Shown here one piece after another: positions 62,700-64,000 of a stretch of DNA of 64,000 bases; position 1 is the first letter of the stretch, and every line of letters starts with the position of its first letter. The notes below the pieces were generated by a model, which was given only the letters and a program-made list of their open reading frames with translations, was not told the DNA's origin and did no database searches. Source of the DNA: Dicyema japonicum (lineage: Eukaryota; Animalia; Dicyemida). The translations under genes were made by a program, and so were the position numbers. The DNA lies in the NCBI GenBank assembly GCA_011109175.1, contig RDEW01000095.1, positions 1 to 64,000 of the forward strand. The letters run 5' to 3'.

Positions 62700-63500
62700 A
62701 TTAAGAATCAGCAACTAATTGAGCGTATCCAGTTACTATGCCCGTAGTCGTTGAGAGATAAGTCCTTCCAAATACACAATCCATCAAGAACCAAATAAAA
62801 GAGAAGAAATGTCCAACACAAAGTCACAACTAATTAATCCAAGGAAGGAACCCAAAGGAGAATGTGCCAACCAAATCCATCTTTAGTAGTCCATTACAGG
62901 CTTTCGTTTCTGAATAGAAGTAGAGAAGTAGTTCTGCCTTCTTCCATTTTCATTACAAGTCCTACCGTCGCGGCCATCCCTTAATTCTTCAGCGAAGAGT
63001 TTTCATAGTGTAATCTTTCCAGTCGATTTGGTCAGGGAGAAGTCGCACAATTGTTAGTAAATTTGGTTTTAGTTTAGTTAGTTGAGACACACATATCATT
63101 AAAGTTAGATTGCATAAAATTGCATAAATTGTATTTTAAGATAATTCTTATTATCAATCTATTGATTTTGAAACTTGCACTTTTCGACATGAAACATGTA
63201 TTTTAATTATTGTGGTCTGTATAGTTAATTTGTATAACAACTTTAACTTAGAGAGAGGTTATCAGTTTAGCAACTAATTAAGCCTATCCTGTCCCCATGA
63301 TAGCAATCGAAGAGAGACATGTCCTTTTAAGCACACAAGTCCATCAAGAACCTGAGGAAATGGAAGAAAAAATTTAGTTTTTAGATGTCTAGAAGCACCT
63401 CCAATGAGTGATCCAGTAGTATGGTAGAACAAATAATCTTTTAGGCGTCATCTTATTACTGGTCGCCAACTGAGACAGGTGGATCAAATAGACATATTAA
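62700..63500 (-). mobile_element. Cluster of SINE remnants (family B and the 42395 family)
   Basis: Three CAACTAATT(A/G)A tails; core TGAGACAGGTGGATC at 63472-63486. Confidence 0.55.
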
Positions 63501-63539
63501 AAAGATACGTCGTCAGGTGATTCCAGCCTCCTTTAGCAT

Positions 63540-63960
63540 CCGCCTTATTCTTTCATGGGACACCGCTGGATTTCGGAGATGGCAATCGAGCTCCCGTTCC
63601 CCTCACAGATTCTCGAACGGAGATGGCATTAACCATGAGGGTCTCCGTGACTGTTCTTGACTGTTGCTTGAAAGACATTAATTTTCTTTAGGTTGCTATA
63701 GGACAGGTTTGTGTCCCATGCCGAACCACCATAGCTAATTGTCGGTTGAATATAAAAGTAGCTTAATGTTGAGTAGAAACAGTCTTTGTAGTATCCAAGA
63801 AGCGTTTTTACAAAATTTAGTTTTCGTTGGAAAGAAGAAATGACGTGACTGACATGCTTGTTGAAAGTCATAAAGGGGTCGCATGTTATCCTCAGTATTT
63901 TGATAGAGTTAGTAGAGGGGATTGACATTCCATTAAGGGTCAAAAAAGGTGCCAGTTTTT
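63540..63960 (-). mobile_element. I/Jockey-group LINE thumb fragment
   Basis: IKILRITCDPFMTF..FYIQPTISYGGSAW, homologous to 1-400. Confidence 0.75.
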
Positions 63961-64000
63961 TAGTATTCTATTTGAAGTAAAAACTATTGTGCTAGACTTT

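Noticed and set aside
1-64000. Stop-codon reassignment or alternative genetic code
   Set aside because: All reconstructed genes end in TAA, TAG or TGA, and internal stops disappear once micro-introns are removed
1-64000. CRISPR arrays, rRNA genes, prokaryotic operons or contamination
   Set aside because: No repeat-spacer arrays or rRNA motifs; all intact genes are intron-containing eukaryotic genes

Overview
AT-rich eukaryotic (animal) nuclear DNA, not prokaryotic. About 14 compact protein-coding genes can be rebuilt by hand: DNAJB12/14, RPL7A/eL8, MEIG1, PSMC6/Rpt4, KDELR, Islet LIM-homeobox, PPP4C, a divergent VPS35, classical calpain, glycerol kinase, TP53RK/Bud32, POR, TRMT10C-like, Csk-like kinase, plus a WD40 gene, a CCDC17-like gene and a decayed serine carboxypeptidase pseudogene. 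Almost all introns (about 70 mapped by hand) are 21-29 nt GT-AG introns. Metazoan gene content plus such introns points to a dicyemid mesozoan (inference, not verified). The space between genes is saturated with short, mostly 5'-truncated retroelement remnants (I/Jockey-like, RTE, CRE and R4/Dong-like LINEs, at least three tRNA-derived SINE families) and decayed DNA transposons (Ginger-like with micro-introns, CGGBP1-type hAT). Three single-N junctions are flanked by near-identical duplications (uncollapsed haplotypes), and four single-base deletions in G/C runs look like assembly errors. Most interesting points: a Ginger-like DDE transposase carrying host-sized micro-introns; tandem genes separated by only 68-98 nt, two of the spacers with no AG acceptor; an eL8 with a ~30 aa internal deletion; many in-frame stop-free 21/24-nt introns; and Islet as the only gene escaping the intron size ceiling.
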